Below, in pieces: positions 62,536 to 64,000 of a DNA stretch of 64,000 nucleotides. The stretch covers positions 64,001-128,000 of the forward strand of contig CAVPQB010000003.1 of the NCBI GenBank assembly GCA_963707505.1, written 5' to 3'. Position 1 is the first letter of the stretch, and each line of letters starts with the position of its first letter. Source of the stretch: an uncultured Gemmatimonadales bacterium. GTDB taxonomy: Bacteria > Gemmatimonadota > Gemmatimonadetes > Gemmatimonadales > Gemmatimonadaceae. The position numbers and the translations under genes were made by a program. Below the pieces are notes generated by a model. The model did no database searches. It was given only the letters and a program-made list of their open reading frames with translations, and was not told the DNA's origin.

Positions 62536-63930
62536 GATTTTTTGGTTGACGACACCAGAATGTCGCGCAGCTCGTGAGCCGTTCGCGTGATGTCGCCCGC
62601 GCCAACGGTCATTACAACATCACCCGCACGCACTTCGCTGGATAGGGCCTGGGCAAGCGCCGGTCTCTCCCCGCGCCACGTCAAGGTGCCACCGGCCGCA
62701 GCAATCGCGCGCTCGACCAGATCCGAGCTGACGCCCGGGATCGCCTGCTCGCGCGCCGGGTACAGCTCGGTGAGGAAGATCGCGTCGGCACCGGACAGCG
62801 CGCTCCCAAACTCGCTCGCGAAATCGCGCGTCCGAGTGTAGAGATGCGGCTGGAAGGCAAGCACGAGGCGGCGACCTGGAAAGGTGGCCCTGGCAGCCTG
62901 TATCGTGGCCGCGATCTCGGTGGGATGATGGGCATAGTCGTCCACGATCGAGACACCGCCGACCTCGGCGATTCGCTGAAACCTCCGTTCCACGCCCGCA
63001 AACTCCGCAAGCCCCGCTACCAATTGCGCGGGCTCGACGCCGAGCGCGATCCCCGATCCGATCGCCGCCAGAGCATTCCGCACGTTGTGCATGCCGGGCA
63101 CGCGCAGTGTCGCGTCGCATTTTTTCTCGCCGTCGTAGAAAACGACGAAGGTCGAACCGCCATTCACCGGACGAACGTCGCGCGCGACGAGCCGTGCGTC
63201 AGGCGAATTCAATCCGTACCGGATCACCTCGGCGGTCGCGGGCAGCACCAGCGAGTTGGCGCCGGTGTCATCGGCGCAGAGCACTATCGCGCGCGCGCCG
63301 CTCACGTATCGACTGAACGTCGCGCGAATGTCGGCCAGATCGGTGTAGATGTCGAGGTGATCTGCCTCGACGTTCGTGACGACGGCGATGGCCGGATCGA
63401 GGGCGAGGAACGACCGGTCATATTCATCGGCCTCGACCACGAACAGCCGATCGGAGCCGAACGACATGTTGCCGTCCCATTCCGCGACGCGGCCACCAGC
63501 AATTCCTGTGGGGTCGAGGCCGGCCGAGCGGAGGGCTGTGGTGGTCATTACCGTCGTCGTCGTCTTGCCGTGGGTGCCGGCGATTCCCACCACGTCGCCC
63601 GACGACACGGCGGCGCCCAGGGCTTCCGCACGACGGATGACGGCGATCCCGGCCTCGTGCGCTGCCAGCAGCTCTGGATGGTCGCGCCCCATCGCCGATG
63701 TGAATACGACGGCCCGCGCGCCAGCGACGTGCGCTGGTCGAATGACCTTCCATGACGTCGATACCCAACCGGCCCAGATCGGCTCGCGCCGCAGCCGGAT
63801 TGGTATCGCATCCAGTGACCTTGACACCGCGGCGCGCGAACAGCTCCGCGAGCGCGCTCATGCCGGCCCCGGCGATGCCGACGAAGTGAACCGGACGGTC
63901 GTCGCCGCCGGAAAACACATCATAACTCAC
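62532..63930 (-). CDS. murC: UDP-N-acetylmuramate--L-alanine ligase, frameshift at ~63740
   Basis: HFVGIAGAGMSALA | RRAEAL, IAGTHGKTTTT, EADEYDRSF, DDYAHHPTE, FQPHLYTRT. Confidence 0.95.
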
Positions 63931-64000
63931 TTGAAGCAATCCATCCCAAGTATTTTAATCGCAATATCTTGCGCTGCATGAGGTCGAGCGCGCATCAATG
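63927..64000 (-). CDS. murG: C-terminal end of MurG (partial)
   Basis: Translation LMRARPHAAQDIAIKIL..* fits the MurG C-terminal helix. GTGA overlap with murC and the expected dcw order. Confidence 0.65.
   Translation of the reverse strand, partial: LMRARPHAAQDIAIKILGMDCFK

Overview
GC-rich bacterial chromosomal window of mostly housekeeping genes on the minus strand. Gene content and order suggest a Gemmatimonadota-like diderm (inference, no database search). Left to right: the end of a surface-polysaccharide cluster (gmd, UDP-glucuronate epimerase, WbpB-like dehydrogenase, divergent PglF/CapD-like dehydratase); a PAS kinase and a Tat-exported DsrE-like protein; two tRNA-Ser genes; a PEP-CTERM protein; tadA-clpB; three small hypothetical genes; a stand-alone FlgD-Ig/T9SS-CTD-like secreted protein; recO; a cobalamin-riboswitch-controlled btuF-C-D-B operon; a DUF151 nuclease; REP-like palindromes; metK; a mannose-family PTS cluster with hprK/hpf; nusB and the rib operon; purM, a PfkB kinase, argS, methylmalonyl-CoA mutase, fbp, comEC, miaB; a lipoprotein/beta-barrel pair coupled to cdd-deoB-alr; mazG, asnS; a HAMP kinase plus lipoprotein; recG, ftsY; and the end of the dcw cluster (murG-murC-ftsQ-ftsA-ftsZ-M23 peptidase). 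Seven single-base frameshifts, two in normally essential genes (metK, murC), are most likely long-read indel errors. No CRISPR, integrase, transposase or prophage was seen. No novel system is demonstrated. The best leads are the CTD-only secreted protein with its tandem-repeat leader, the lipoprotein/barrel module in the nucleoside-salvage/comEC run, a sigma54-type promoter plus inverted repeat at clpB, a probable CTG start for tadA, recurrent leaderless-type promoters and a REP-like cluster.
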